DNA of 64,000 nucleotides from Podarcis muralis (GCF_964188315.1 NC_135655.1:29264001-29328000), one strand, 5' to 3'; positions 1-13,901 are shown, numbered from the stretch's first letter. Notes: generated by a model from the letters alone, not told the origin. Numbers and translations: made by a program.

Positions 1-1214
1 CACATGAATTTTCATGTTTTAAAAAATGAAGTGTGCAGAAATTGGAGGAGAGGAAAAACTTAAGACTGGAAAAATGAGAAACCGAGAGAAACTGACACTG
101 ACAAATGCATCCATCCATAAAGGATAGTTTTTTGTATAATCAGCCCAGTTTAAATTTCCTTTGCTATGTTTTCCATCTGCCAACTGGGTGGATGAAGTTA
201 GCATCCGGATATCTTCATTGTTAAACAAAACACTTTATTAAATTTGCATAAAATCCACAGACATGGAATATTATGGGTGATATTCAACTAAGTCCTACTC
301 AGAGTAGACTCACTGAAATTAATGAACCTAAATTTGCCCATGTCCATTTATTTCAGGGGATCTAAGTAAGACTAGCAATGAATATCACCCTAAATCAGCT
401 TGCAATGTGACCTTTATGGCAGATTTAAGCCACTTATGCTATGAATCTTTACCTAGTAAATAATGAGTTTTTTATAAAGTTGAGCCAAAACAACTGACCT
501 AATATTGTGTTCAAAACGTATCCCCGATTTTTATTAAGTCTTGCAATTTTTGATGGACACAATTGTGTTCCTTTGATCTTCTCAAAATTATTTCCCTCCT
601 CCTTTGCCTTCCTTTTGTCCTTGGTCTCATTGCCTTTGAATCTTGTGTAATCATTATTTGCTTTGAAATGCATGTATGGTGCAGCCGAACAATTTACTGC
701 CCCATCCCAGCAACACATGCAATATGGTAATATTGCTAAATATCTGTATTCCTTTGATACTCTTTGGAACTTGGCCTCTTTGTACATCTTCCCTTCCTCT
801 ATGCTCTCACTGTTCTTGATCTCATTTGCCCACATAGTCACATATAGTGCAATCGTATATGAATGTAAGAGCGGCCTTTCTGGATCAGGCCAGTGGCTCA
901 CCTAGCCCAGCATTCTGTTCTCCCAGCAGCCTATGGGGAGCCCAAAGTCAAGACCTAAGCAGTCTTCCCACTGTGATTTCCAGCAACTGGTATTCAGAGA
1001 CATACTGCCTCCTCTGTGGAATGGGAGAGCATTGTCTTGTCCTTTTCCTCAGGCAGCAAAATGGCTAAGGCTGGCACTGACTACATTACACATAGCTTGT
1101 ATGTTAGTAACCATGCGGTCTCCATCATCTATTCTGGCCTTGCTCTTCTCCAAGTCTGCTATTAAGAGTAGGTGCTTATTCCTCTTGTTCTGCTGCTTCC
1201 CCCCCTGGGGAAAG

Positions 1215-1598
1215 GGGAAAGGGGAAAGGAAAGGACTGCTGGACAGTAAAGTCCAGTCAAAGGCAACTATGGGGTTTGGCACTCATCTCACTTTTCAGGC
1301 CGAGGGAACTGGCATTTATCCACAGCTTTCCGGGTCATGTGGCCAGCATGACTAAGCTGCTACTGGTGCAACGGAACAAGGTAATGAGTGCCAGAGTGCA
1401 CGGAAACACCGTTTACCTTCCCGCCTCAGCGGTACCTATTTATCTACTTGCACTGGTATGCTTTCAAACTGCTAGGTTAGCAGAAGCTGGGACAGAGCAA
1501 CGGGAGCTCACCCCATTGTGCGGAGTCAAACTGCTGACTTTCCGATCGGCAAACCCAAGCGGCTCAGTGGTTTGAGACCACAGCGACATCCACATCCT
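1215..1598 (-). mobile_element. Sauria SINE (tRNA-related head, Bov-B-like tail)
   Basis: Reverse-complement similarity to the copies at 35362 and 47098. 13-bp TSD cccctggggaaag at 1202-1214 and 1599-1611. Confidence 0.85.
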
Positions 1599-2799
1599 CC
1601 CCTGGGGAAAGCCACTCTTTAGCACTTAATTGGAACAAGCAGCAATTTGGGTTCCTCCCAGATGGCCATTTGTTATGATCTATCACTAAAGAATGGATTT
1701 TCCTTTGGAAAGGAGCGGGGCAAAGGGAAAACCACTCAGACTCAGGCCTAGAAAATGTGCATTAAGAGGAAAGCCTCTCAGACCAGTGCTTTCTAGGCAG
1801 GGCACAAGTGGAAGTGTGGATGAACCCTAGTAAAATGAATCTCTTAGTCATTAATGAATTTTCCACATGGGCATCTCCTAATCAGATACTTTGTCCTCAC
1901 GAGTATAAAAGTTTGAATTTTAATGTAATTTCCTAGAGCCCCTCAACTTCCTGGTTAACATTTGCAGCCTTCAGCAACTTATATAACAGTGTGGGACTGT
2001 GTGTTGTTGTTTTTTAAAAAAGTGTGTTTCTGTGTGATTCCACTGACTCAGTTCTGCAGCTGTTAATGCCAGAAGGTTTGTTCTTTTTCTTTACGTGCAA
2101 TTGTCTTTACTAGCCCTCAGTAAAATCTGCTCTGTAGGTAGAGTAGGAAGGGATCCCATATGACTAATGCTTGCTTGTAGCGTAGTTCCTACCATACCCC
2201 ACAAAGAGCTGAGAAACTCACACTTGGTTAGTAGAGGATGCCTCACTTGAAAAGGCCTGAGTGGTATTTTTATAATCCCCTTAAGCAAAAGGTCCACAAA
2301 CTACATTTGGGTTGCATGTTTGGATGCAGAATAAGGTCTTGAAGGACAGGGTGGGAAATGGGGGACATTTACACAAGATGTAATACTGATTCTCACCTAG
2401 CTCTGCCTACTGCCTTGCCTCCACCCATTGTTCGTTCCTTCCAGTGATTTGGATCTCACCTTTCTGCACACAATATACCCAAGGTATGTTACAATATGCA
2501 CAGTCCAAGCACCGTAAAAACAACATAAAATAATAAATTACAGCAGATTCAGACACGGCAGCATTTCTAAGGAGCTCGCTGAGGCAACACACTGTCTGTC
2601 AAGAAGAGGAAGGCAGGGCTAGGTGTACCTCTTTGGGGAAACTATTCCATTGTTTGGGCGTCATAGCAGAAAGGGCTCTGTCTCTTGTGCTTACCTGCTG
2701 AGAAGGGCAGAGAAATGGCAGGATAGAGTTGTCAGGCAGTTTCATATGAGAAAAAATTGTCCTTAACATAACCAGAACCCAGTCTGTTTTGTGCAGGGT

Positions 2800-2937
2800 T
2801 GGAGAACACATGGCCTGCCAGACATTTTTTGACTACAACTCCCATAAACCCCAGCCACCATGGCCAATAGCTAGGGGTTATGGGAGTTGTAGTCCAGTGA
2901 CACTGGGTGTCCAGTGACACCCAGGCTCCCCAATCCT
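2800..2937. mobile_element. Diverged hAT-like MITE (actacaactccc...gggagttgtagt family)
   Basis: Same internal palindromic core as the intact copies at 52557 and 60587. Similar remnants lie near 6130-6235, 20505-20640 and 21050-21180. Confidence 0.6.
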
Positions 2938-4469
2938 GAATTAGGGTTTTTAGGGAAAATGTATCTCCTAACTATTCTCAGCACCCTTAATAAACTACAG
3001 CTCCCAGAACTATTTTGGGGGAAGCCACAACTGCTTAAAGTGGCAGCATAGTGCTTTAAAGGTGTGGTGTCAATGTGGCCATAGAATGGAATTCTTGTCT
3101 GATGTCAATAAATGCTGGTGCTGATAACTTTAAGCTGACCTGACTGCTTAGGTCAGTGGCTTAATGGAAGCCCTGCTTTGTGTTTCACCATCGGAAGTGC
3201 TTCAGGTAGCTATGCAATTCCTTGCCACAGGAAGCCTAGTTAATGTTCTCTCTCGATGTCTTTAGAGTAGGGGTAGGGAACCCAAAGTGTTCTTGCCTGG
3301 CTAGAATGTGTCATTGAACTCTGTTAATGCCTCTTACTTGTCTGGATGAGGAGAAAGGGGTATGTACGTGTGGATAGAAACTACCCTACTGCACAAAGGT
3401 AAATTTACATTCATTGCTCTCACTATTGCCTGTGGTGTGTGGCCCTTGGAAGGCTTTCCAGAAGGGAATTCAGCCCTTGAGTGTAAAATGGTTTGCCACC
3501 CCTGCTTTAGAGGACAGATGCTGCTACTCAGACATGCATTAGTCTGGATAATTTTATATTAAATTGTTTACATTTTGCCTGTTGCTGATAATTTGGTATT
3601 AATGCTACTGTTTTGGATTTCTTTTTTTTAATTTTATGGTATATTTTAAGGTGGTTGTTAGTTGCCTGGAGAGCCCTTTTGGGAATGGAAAGACAGGATA
3701 TAAATGCTTTTAATAAGCAAACAAATTGGGTTTTATTATCTTCAAGATGATGACCACTTGCCAGCTGAAAGCCCTAGAAGTGTTCATAAACTGAGGTAAT
3801 TACTTTAATCATTAACAAGAAATCAACCTTTGAAAAAACACTGCTCCAGCCTTATTTAAAGCCAGTTACAGTAATGACTTTCATTTGTACATAAGAAGAA
3901 CCCTGCTAGGGTGGACTAAAGGTCCATTTAATCCAGCACCCTGTTTCTGATACTGGCCAGTCAGATTCATCTAGAAAGTTCACAAGCTGGACATGAAGAC
4001 AATTGCCTTCTTCTCCTGTTGCAAGCTGTATTGATGGCTATACCTCCCCCAAACCTGGAGGCTCTATATTATGGCTAATAGTCATTGATGGCCTTAGGGT
4101 GCAATCCTACATTCAATGCTCAATCAAGTGAAGGGTGTTAGGATGAGGCAGAGAACTTCTGGAGTTCAAACCCATTCCACCTGTAGAATTGTCTCTGTAT
4201 GCTACACAAAGGCTCTGCCAGCTAGGCCACCCTGCAAATCCCTGAAAATAGGGAAGCATTGTGAGTGGGCATGGATGGCACAGGGGAGGAGCGCATCTAC
4301 ATCAAATCCTACCTGCTCTGCATTCCATGACGTCACCCAAAACATGCCATGAGCCTGCCCTTGTGTAAGTAATTTCCCTCTAATTAATTCCAGTGGGAAG
4401 GAATGAAGTAGGAACATAATCACAACCCCTAACATGCTTTTTGTGTCCTCCCAAAAAACAATTGGGTAA

Positions 4470-4640
4470 GGGCTGTACTTAAGTGATAGAGCATCTACTT
4501 TGCTTTGAGAAGGTCCCAGGTTCAATATCCATAAGCCAGGGAGGGAGTCCCTGTCTGAAATACTGGAGAGCTGCTACAAAATGACACTGAGTTAGGTGGA
4601 CCAATATTCTCACTCAGTACACTGCAGCTTCCTATGTTCC
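4470..4640 (+). mobile_element. Old tRNA-derived SINE
   Basis: Head resembles tRNA A/B boxes (gtgatagagcat...ggttcaat). Related copies at about 7105-7305 (+), 9045-9215 (-) and 26760-26915 (-). Boundaries approximate. Confidence 0.55.
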
Positions 4641-7600
4641 AATGGTTTGGGTGCTACAGAACTATTGTTGGTGGACCGGGATGAAGCCAGGGCCTTCAGA
4701 TTCCCAACCAGCAGATTGCTTGGTTATCCTCTGTGCATCTATCGAAGTGCATTTTTAAGCTTGTGACCACCATCACATCTTGTGGCTTCAAATTCCACAA
4801 ACGTTTCACTGAGACTGGACACAAGTAGGCACTGAAAAGCAGCCAGAGAGACAGTCTCAAGGAAATGGATCTACTGCTACAAATAAATGACAGTTACATG
4901 ACGTAGGCATCTCTGTTTTTAGGAGGCAAGCAAGCAGGGAAAGGGACTAATTAATAGCAAGGAACAGATGCCCCAGCAATGCTGGCATTGCTGACACTTT
5001 TCTGTTTCTGGAAATGAAACCCCAAATCATTTGTCACAGAAATAAACAAAATGACATCAAATATTTAAACAGAAAGAGGAAGACTGAAGAGGAGATAAAC
5101 CACACAGTAAACAAGGAGAGAAAAAACCCACCCTCTACTTAGCACATCTGTTTTCCCTTCCACACATTGAGTTGACACACTGCAACAGCACAGCTCATCA
5201 GATGGCAGGATTTACAAGCTCGCTGCCACTTCTTAAAGGGGTTGAGATTCTGCAATGAACATTAATGGATAAAAGCTGGGCAGCCTGCCTTGGGCAAGGC
5301 AGCAGAGACAAAGTCCACGTTGAAGGGTAGCTTTTGTGAAGAACAGTGAATGTTAAAGAGTTTGTTTCACAGCATAAATCCATCAAAGCTTTCGTTGTTC
5401 TGCCATTTTGCCCCGAGGATGCATTTATGTGGCTTTCACAGCCTTTCCAGGCCCATGACACTTTTTAATGTGCATAACACACACACCCTGTGGGCACAAT
5501 CCACCAGGGACTCCTCTGTGCAAATTTCATTGAAATAAATAGGAGCTGCACAATGTCACCGTACAATGTTTTTGGAAGGGGACTTGTGCAGAACAACTTC
5601 CCAGTGGCTTATGGCCTGCTTGACTTTATAACAAAATAGTAATGCAGGTGACTTTTACTCTCATTTCCCAGATGGGGAACTAAGGTTTTAGAGATAGTGA
5701 ATTGTGCAAGGCTGTGCACCTTTTCCATAGTAAGTTAGAAGTCTATTGCATCTGATTAAACAGTGCCACTGTCTCTGAGTGCCGTCCTTTCCTACCCTGT
5801 TCACTGTAAGAAACAATTCTCTTTCTCCCTTGGGAATTTATCCTGATACTGAAGGAGATAGAAAATATAGCCCAGAGAGTTAGGTATTCTGAAACTGGCT
5901 TAATTTAAAGATACCATTTGGAATAAAGAGGCTGTCGATAAATTCTAATTAATAATAATCTGTTCTTAGGAATTTCTAGGATTAAGTCAACAAGGCTGTG
6001 AGTGCATGTCTAAACAGGTTTTTCTTAGTGCTGAATTGATATATCCTAATCACAATATTACCAGCAAAGGAAAGGGATAAATTATCATTAGGGCTGTGAT
6101 GTTTAATCAATTGATCAAATGGCTTTGCCATCCTGATGCTCTCCAGATGTCTTGGACTACAACTCCTATCATCCCCAGCGTGCACAGACATCCTGGTTGG
6201 AGCTAATGGGAGTTGCAGTCCAAAACATCTGGTCTAAATGATTACTTTTGCTTGTTCAAAATGATTACAAATCTCTCCAAATTAATTAGATATCTTCTTA
6301 GAAGAAGCCTTTTCCATTTCCCCCACTCTCATCTTGGTATCTTCCATTTTCCTCTCTCTTCCGCCCACTCCTCAGTTGCTTGACAGAACTGGGAGTATGA
6401 CTTAGTTGCAGGCATGGAGGCTTAGAGCTTTTGTGTGTGCTACTGCCATTGCTGGTCCTTGTCTTGCTTTTAGAGGAGTCAGCCTGGAAAGGAGAAAGGA
6501 TGGTGATTATTCTGTCTGACCACCAAGGGAAGGCAACACTCTGAGCACTTGCATACTTGCAGTTCTGCAGATTACCCTGTAGTCCCATTGAAATCAGTTG
6601 AGCTTACTTCTGAGTAGATTGATTCAGAAAGCATTTTATTTACAAATCATGGGACTTATGCACATGCAGATTTGTACACGTTTAATCTGTTGATCAATTT
6701 GACTAATGTGTTTAACCAACTATTTAATTGTGTGACAGTCTTACCGCTTATGCAGTGCCCTCTTAGAAAACATAAGCATAACAGATAAATGGATCAGTCA
6801 GTGCATAAAGGAGCCAGGGTCAATTATCAATCAGGTCAATGACCTGATGAAACATAAATCACCAAGGATCCCCCAGGGAAGGGTGCAACAACAGAGAATA
6901 CCCTTTCATGTGTTCCCAACTCCGAAACATCAGATGACAGCAATGCATATATTAGGGTCTCCTAGCTCATTGCGTGGACCAGCAGGCTAATGTAGGAGGT
7001 GATGGTCCTTTAAGTATCCTGGCTATAAGCTGTTTAGGGATTTAAAAATAATGAAAAGCACTTTGAATTGAGCTGGGAAAGAGACTGGAAGGCAATGAAG
7101 CTATGGGGAAAGGCAGCTTAGTGGCAGAGCACACACTTTGCATGCAAAACATGCCCAGTTCAGTCCATGATATATGCAGTTTAAAAGGATCAGGGAGCAG
7201 AAATGAGAAAGACCTCTCCCTGAAACCTGGTAGAGCCACTGCCAGTCAGAGTAGATGCCGCGCTAGATGAACAAATAACCCTGTATATAGCAGCTTCCTA
7301 TGCAACCTAGAACTACAAGATTTCAAAGCTGCACATTAAAGTCTGCTATAAAGAGTTACTGATAAAACTGTGCATTTATTGCTGACATTACACAAAAGCC
7401 ACAATATTACACACTACATGACCCTATGTCCCAATGATTGCCAACTACTGGTAAAAAGAAAAAGTCTATTTTCTTATCTCCAGCCCTATTTCTGTTTCTG
7501 TTTATAGCTGACCCTTTTTTGTGACTCCAGAAGAATTGCTTTGTCACTCTGAGGATGCAATCCTGTACACATTTGCCTGTGAGCAAGTGTCCCACTGAAC

Positions 7601-10600
7601 TCAATGGGACATACTTCTCAGTAGATATACAGAGGGTTGCCCTTTAAATTTCGCTTTCCCTGGATTTCGAGTCTGCCTTTCCAGATCTGCAAAAGGGGAA
7701 TTGGGGTATATTTACTTGTTTGGGATGGAGGAAAGGGAGGGTACATTGGCTGAAAATATGTATAAAGTGCATGAATATTTATAAAGATCTCCGAGACCCT
7801 TGGATGGAAAGTGCTGTCTAAGTGCAGATTATTAAACCTGTCATTTTGTTGAGTGCTCTTGCAAAGAATTCTTTCCATTTCTCTACCCCCCCCCCCGCCG
7901 CCCAAATCATTGAAAACAGGTGGGCGTGTGGCAAGCACTCGGCACACAAAGAGTTTAGAAAAGCTCCAAGAGGCTTAAAATAACTGTTGTATTATGGTGC
8001 TTCAGCATGTAAGACTGAAAATTAAGCTTTGTGCAAACTCCATTATACCAAAATGTGAGTGCTACTGTCCATGGTGCTGAATTTTAAACTTTTCCCTCCT
8101 CCCTCGCCTCTATTTCCCTCTTCACAGCAGTTTCTTGTTTCATTCTCCATGGGCTGACCTTAATGGCCAGACATTTATCAGTGTTCATTCTTTTACTAAA
8201 CAACATTTACTCCACATTATATGCTGGCTCGGCTGCATCACAGAGATATTGCAAATGGCTCTGCAGTTGTTGCATTAGTTCGCTATAGGAACCTAAGCCC
8301 CTAGTATAGATTTCTATCTCAGATCCAGGTTACCTGCCCATCCTGACTTAGTTCAGAAGAAAGCAGATCGAGGCATAATTGATCTGTGACCTCTTTAAGA
8401 CTTTGCTATGTATTTTTAATATTAGCTAAATCATGGTATAGCAATACATCTGAGGACAAAAGTAAACCCAAGCAGCAGGCTTCCTGTGTGTTTATACAAA
8501 CAACATTTTCCCTTTGGTTACCAACAGGTAATTGAATCAGTCATCACAGTCCCACAGTTATTTCCATTTACTGGGTTCCAGTGCACACAATAAATGTTTG
8601 TGTCTGCAAGGGCTTCCTCGTTCGTAGCCACAGAATGGAGAGACAGGAGCTTCTCCCTTCATTAAAGTAAATTGGCAAGTCCTTATGCTGAAGTTCCATA
8701 GGTGCATAGGACATGACTTATATTAAGCCAGACCACTGGTCCATCTAGCTCACCTGCAATATTCCTTCCTTAGTTTAACTATTGGCAGCTTATTGACATC
8801 ACCTGTTTCAGTTGCCTGTGTACTTGACAAGGCCCTTCTTTGGTGTTTCCAGCACAAAGACTTATGACATCACACAGGTTGCCATGGATATTCTCTTCAA
8901 ACAGGTTAAAGCAAGCTAGCTAGTCCAGTGCTGAGATCATTTGAGATCAGGAACCTTTACAGCCCTAGGCAGTTAGACATGCCAAAGCTCATTGAAAACA
9001 ATGAGCTTAGATGTGCTTAACTTTGCATAGGAGTGAACTGTTTCATAGGAAGCTGCCATATACCAAGTCCAGACCATTGGTCTATCTAGTTCAGTACTGT
9101 CTACACTGACTGGCAGCAACTCTGCAGGGTTTCAGGCAGGGGTCTCCCCCAGACCTATGTAAAGATGCTGGAGATTGGACCTGAGATCTTCTGCATGCAA
9201 AGCAGATGCTTTACTGGTGGATGTTGAACTGACATGTGCTCACTGGACAGACCAACTACAGGTAATTCATCAGAAATTAGAAAGAATCTGGAGGATAATT
9301 GCAGCCTACCTCTAATATTATATGGGGATGAAAATGGCTGGTCTATAGTAGAGCTTATATGCAAAAGGAAATACCAATATAGCATTATAGGTGAGGTTGT
9401 GGAAACTGTCAGGATAGTTATAGAGCTATAAAATATTGTTGCAGATACATTTCATGGAACTTCATTTTTAATAATAAAGTAAAAGGAAATAAGTGACTTT
9501 TAAAATGTTGGGATGGAGGACCACAATAGAATATCTCTCCTTTCTTCTTAATCCTAAATAAAAGCATAACCCAAGCAGACATAGTATGAACAGGCTGCAT
9601 CTTCCATGTCAAGAGATTTGATAGAGGCGGCAGAAAGTGCCATATTTCTTCCCTCACCCTAAAGGACAGTTGAAGAACCAGGATTTGGGGGTTCCTCAGA
9701 TAGGTTAGCCCAATGGACCCCCATGTGGAAAAGGTGGAGTGTGCAAACTGAGAGGTCTCTTGATATCCTTCTGACTTGCTTAGAGAATCTGTGGAAAGTA
9801 AGATGTGAAGGACTATCAGAGGGGTGAGTCCTTTTCCAGTATTAAAACCCTGGCAAATTCCTGGTTATTCCACCCTTAGGACCTACTAAAAGAGTCAGTA
9901 AAAACATCGGAGAGCAGGAGATACTTCATAAAGTACGCAAGTGGTAAACCGAGACTGTAAAGAAGGTTCCGGTTGATGACAATTCCATTCTAAAGCTATA
10001 AGAGCAAGAAAGACAACTCAGAAGTTATAAATTTGAGTTATATGAGCTGAAATCTGCCTACCAGCCGTGTGGCTTGTTCTTGATAAACCCCTGGTTTTGC
10101 AGTTCCAGCCAGGTAGCAAAAATGGGCGGTTTATCAGTCCCACTGACAAAGACAACATACATGGCTGGTATATGGCTATGAGGGCCAGTTGGGCTGTTAA
10201 GAACTTTCTGCTAAGCACATAAAGAAACATGTGTAACAGTCACCCACCCACCCACACAAATTTGTGTGTTTTACTGTGTGCATGTGTGCTCATACGATGG
10301 CACTTCCCAGTGAACAGAGACCATATTTACAGGCAGAAAAGCCATACATATATGCAATGTGTATGTGTTTGCAATTGCCACTCTGGACCCCTTATATATA
10401 GTAATCATTGCTGTACCTACTTTCCATTTAGAAAATGTGTGACTTTGAAGCTTTCCTAAGTTGCCACAGCATTTGAAGGGCTCTTATACTTCAGAAAAGG
10501 TCTAATCCTCTAGAATTGAAGATTACCTATATCCATTTGTGTTAATATTTCTGAAGTTACGCAGTTGAGAGCCACAGAAAAGGTGATGAACAAAATATCA

Positions 10601-11404
10601 ACAGGGTTTTGGCTTTAATTGGATTTTAGAAACTCAGTGAATAAAATTGATAAATATTTATCACTGCTGATGTTCTAATTAATCACCATCCTGGGTAATT
10701 CCCTTTTCTTTCCTCAAATTGTATTGCGGACACTTTCATTATGCTACAATACAGTTCATATGTTGCAGAATCTGGCACATCTCATGACATACCTTTATAA
10801 AAGCTCAATCACTCTCCATGTGATAGAACTGTTAGTATATCAGTCCTCCGTTGCTGGGTGTGTGATTGTTACATCACTTGCCTGTGTTTATTTTCTAGGC
10901 TTGGAAAAGCCTGAGAACGGAAGTTAGCCTTGTCTCTTCCGCTTTCTGTGTTTGTGTACTTTTTACTTTCTGTTCTCTCTCAGAGCTGAAGTGAGAGAAT
11001 GCCCTGACCATCTGTCCTGTAAATATTGCTGAATAAAAGCTTACAATGAGCACACAATTTTCCACTTCGTTTCTGCTGATCTCTACTGAGTCAGTGTGCA
11101 CGTAGACATTTGCTGTGTGTCGCTGGAGCATGCCGGGACTGATGATTTATGGACATCCCAGAACTGCACAACACCAGGAGGACGCCCAGAGAGGTTTCAT
11201 CTCATCCCGGGGGCTGCCTGGGCCCCAGGGTGTATCCTGACATTAACCACAATTGTGTAACCTAAACCTGACCTGCCTCTTTGTGTTATTTCAACACTTC
11301 TACTTGACAGGCTGGTATATAACTTCTTTCTTCCTCACAATAATCCTGATATAGGTGTATTTATTCCCATTTTATGGATGAAGAACTGGAACCTCAAGGA
11401 TCAC

Positions 11405-11757
11405 CTCTCCACATATGAACCAACACAGACCCTGAAATCATCATCTGAGACCCTTCATCATGTACTTGACAGGTCCAGAGGGTGGCAACATGAGAACTGG
11501 CCTTTTCTGTGGTGGCTCCCAATTTGCGGAATGCTCTCCACAGGGAGGCTTGCCTGGCACCTTCATTGCATCTATTTAGGCACCAGGTGAAAACATTCCT
11601 CTCCTCCCAGGCATCAGCTAATTAAACAACCTATGGCCTTTTAAACTGGTGGGGGCACTATTGTTTTTGTTTATTATGTATTTTTGTGCTTCTATATTGT
11701 AAACCACCCTGTGACCCTTGGATGAAGACCTTTAATAAATAAATAAATAAATAAAAA
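11405..11757 (+). mobile_element. L2 LINE 3' fragment
   Basis: ggccttttctgtggtggctcc...ggaatgctctcc matches the L2 ORF end (AFSVVAP.LWNAL). (AAAT)n tail. Confidence 0.6.
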
Positions 11758-13044
11758 ATAAACTCTGAGATAATGGATTGCCCGAGGCCTCTTAGCAAAT
11801 TCCTGTCTCAGTAAGACTTGAATCAATGTTCCCCCGAATGTAACTCTTTGCACCTCTTTAACATGGGTTAACCAATATGCAGTCAGTTTTATATTTATTA
11901 AAATATTTATATACTCACCTTTCATATAGTGGTCTCCCAAAAGAAAAATAGAGCGGGCAGGGTTCGACTAATGAGCCCTATCAGCAAGATTCACAAGAAC
12001 TTTTGCAATTGGTCTCCCCCCCGCCCATTTTCCTCCCTCCACATGCCTAATGTGCCCCCCCCAAGAAATTGGTTTGGGAGAGAGAATCCCCAGAACAGCA
12101 CATGGACAGGGGGAAGGGGAGATCATTCCACCTGGCAAGCTGATATGCTTGTGCATGCAGAACATTTATAATAGCACAACGTCATATTCCACCCACAAAC
12201 TTGAAACCTAGTCAATGGCAGGTAACCGCTAGGTCAACGGCAGGTAATTTAAAGACTGCAGCATGGATTAATGGTCAGCAAAGGCCTCAGCAAGCACTGT
12301 TGCATTAATGGATATGTTTGCCTCAATTCATAGGGGGAAGTGGTTCCACAGGAAGGGGGCAGCTACAGAAAAGGCCCTTCTCCTGATCGCCATGAAGTGA
12401 ACCTCTGCAGCATAGCAATTTGGAGAGCCTCATCCAGCCAGGCAGGTCATTATGGAAGGTAACATTTAGCATCTAAGCTCTTCTGGGCGTGATTTTTGAA
12501 GGTGAGGTTTAGCATCAGAATGACTATATAAACATGAAGAAGAGATTTGGAACTAAAATCCCCATGTGCTAGTAACATGCCAATTAATTGTTTCTCACAG
12601 ACACCTTTTATTTGTCCCTGTATAGTATATTTACTTTGGCTTTCTACTTTACAACTCTTTTTCTCTGAGTGGGGAAACATATTTTATTTACTCCACTATT
12701 GCTCCACAGAGATCAGGATGAAAATGGAAGCAACTGTTCTTTCTCATTGGCGCCTTTCCTTTCAGGGAACACATCTGATTGGTGGTGCAAATTGGTGCTT
12801 TTGCTCTAGAAGCATAGTTGACCGACAATGAACAAAGCAGCAGAGATGCAGAGGGAGAACGCATAATCTGCTTTCATCATAGGCCAGAAGCACCTGTAAA
12901 ATGATGTAAGAACAGTGGAGACTTTTTACAGTTAGATTGTTGCAAAGCATTGTAGGTGGGGACTATCTTTAAAAATGGTCCAGAAAATTCATTTGGCATA
13001 GAATGTGGCTTCAAGAGTACTAAGTGGAACTAGACACTCCAGTA

Positions 13045-13270
13045 CAGTGGTACCTGGGGTTACATACGCTTCAGGTTACAGACTCCGCTAACCCAGAAAT
13101 AGTGTTTCAGGTGAAGAACTTTGCTTCAGGGTGAGAACAGAAATCGTGCTCTGGCGGCGCGGCAGCAGCAGGAGACCCCATTAGCTAAAGTGGTGCTTCA
13201 GGTTAAGAACAGTTTCAGGTTAAGTACGGACCTCCGGAACGAATTAAGTACTTAACCTGAGGTACCACTG
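13045..13270 (+). mobile_element. Tc1/mariner (Tigger/pogo-like) MITE
   Basis: TIRs cagtggtacct...aggtaccactg flanked by TA on both sides. Same family as the copies at 19529 and 41100. Confidence 0.85.
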
Positions 13271-13487
13271 TAATATTATGCCAGCATTTTTTCATCTTCA
13301 TTGGCTCCTGCAATGTTTCTTGTCCAATTCAAGGTGCTGATTCCGACCTTTAAAGATTTTTTTACAACTTGGGAACATGGCGAATCTACCTGAACCCTGA
13401 GATCACCAACAGAAGATTCTCACAAGCTGAGATAAAATGGGTGGCCACAAGACAAAAGGCTTTTTTTACAAGTGACCCCCATTTATG

Positions 13488-13901
13488 TGTGGCAATAGAT
13501 ATATTGGGACCCCAGCTAATTGATTTATTGGTCCTCAATTAGCTTTTATGGCAGCCCGGTCCGGCGCGCTTCCCTCAGCTGCGCCACTCAGCTCCCTTCG
13601 TCCGGTAGCTCCAGTCACACCTTAGCAGAGATAAACACAGCGGTGATAAACTGTCACGTCCTTCACTTAGCTTCCAGACAAACACACACAGAGTCCAGGT
13701 TTGTCCATTTCAGCTCTTTATTCCGACATTCCCCCAGGGATCTCCTGGGCTCCTTTCCGCCATTACAGGCTACGTCTTTCTCCCTCAACGACCAGAGGGG
13801 AACAGACAGACTCCTCCCAAACTCCTCCCAGCTTCTAAAAGCTGACGTCAGAATTGAGGCATCATGGGAACTTCTTAACCAGTTAAGTTCCAAACCTGAC
13901 A
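13488..13901 (-). repeat. 3' LTR of the Copia element
   Basis: Direct repeat of 16335-16748 (offset 2847) with no difference seen by eye. Contains a CRE palindrome TGACGTCA at 13843-13850. Confidence 0.95.
13546..13593 (-). other. tRNA(iMet) 5'-half-like sequence inside the 3' LTR
   Basis: AGCTGAGTGGCGCAGC-tgag-GGAAGCGCGCCGGACC-gggctgc-CATAA versus vertebrate tRNA-iMet AGCAGAGTGGCGCAGC-GGAAGCGTGCTGGGCC-CATAA (tRNA sequence recalled). Blocks match 15/16, 13/16 and 5/5. Confidence 0.8.

Noticed and set aside
11131-11238. RGLPGPQG collagen-like peptide
   Set aside because: Only two or three triplets, followed by a stop, with no proper collagen exon boundaries.
13483-13487. TSD TTATG equals the PBS core and the reverse complement of CATAA
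   Set aside because: The target is ordinary L2 sequence and 5 bp is too short to imply targeting. Other insertions would be needed.
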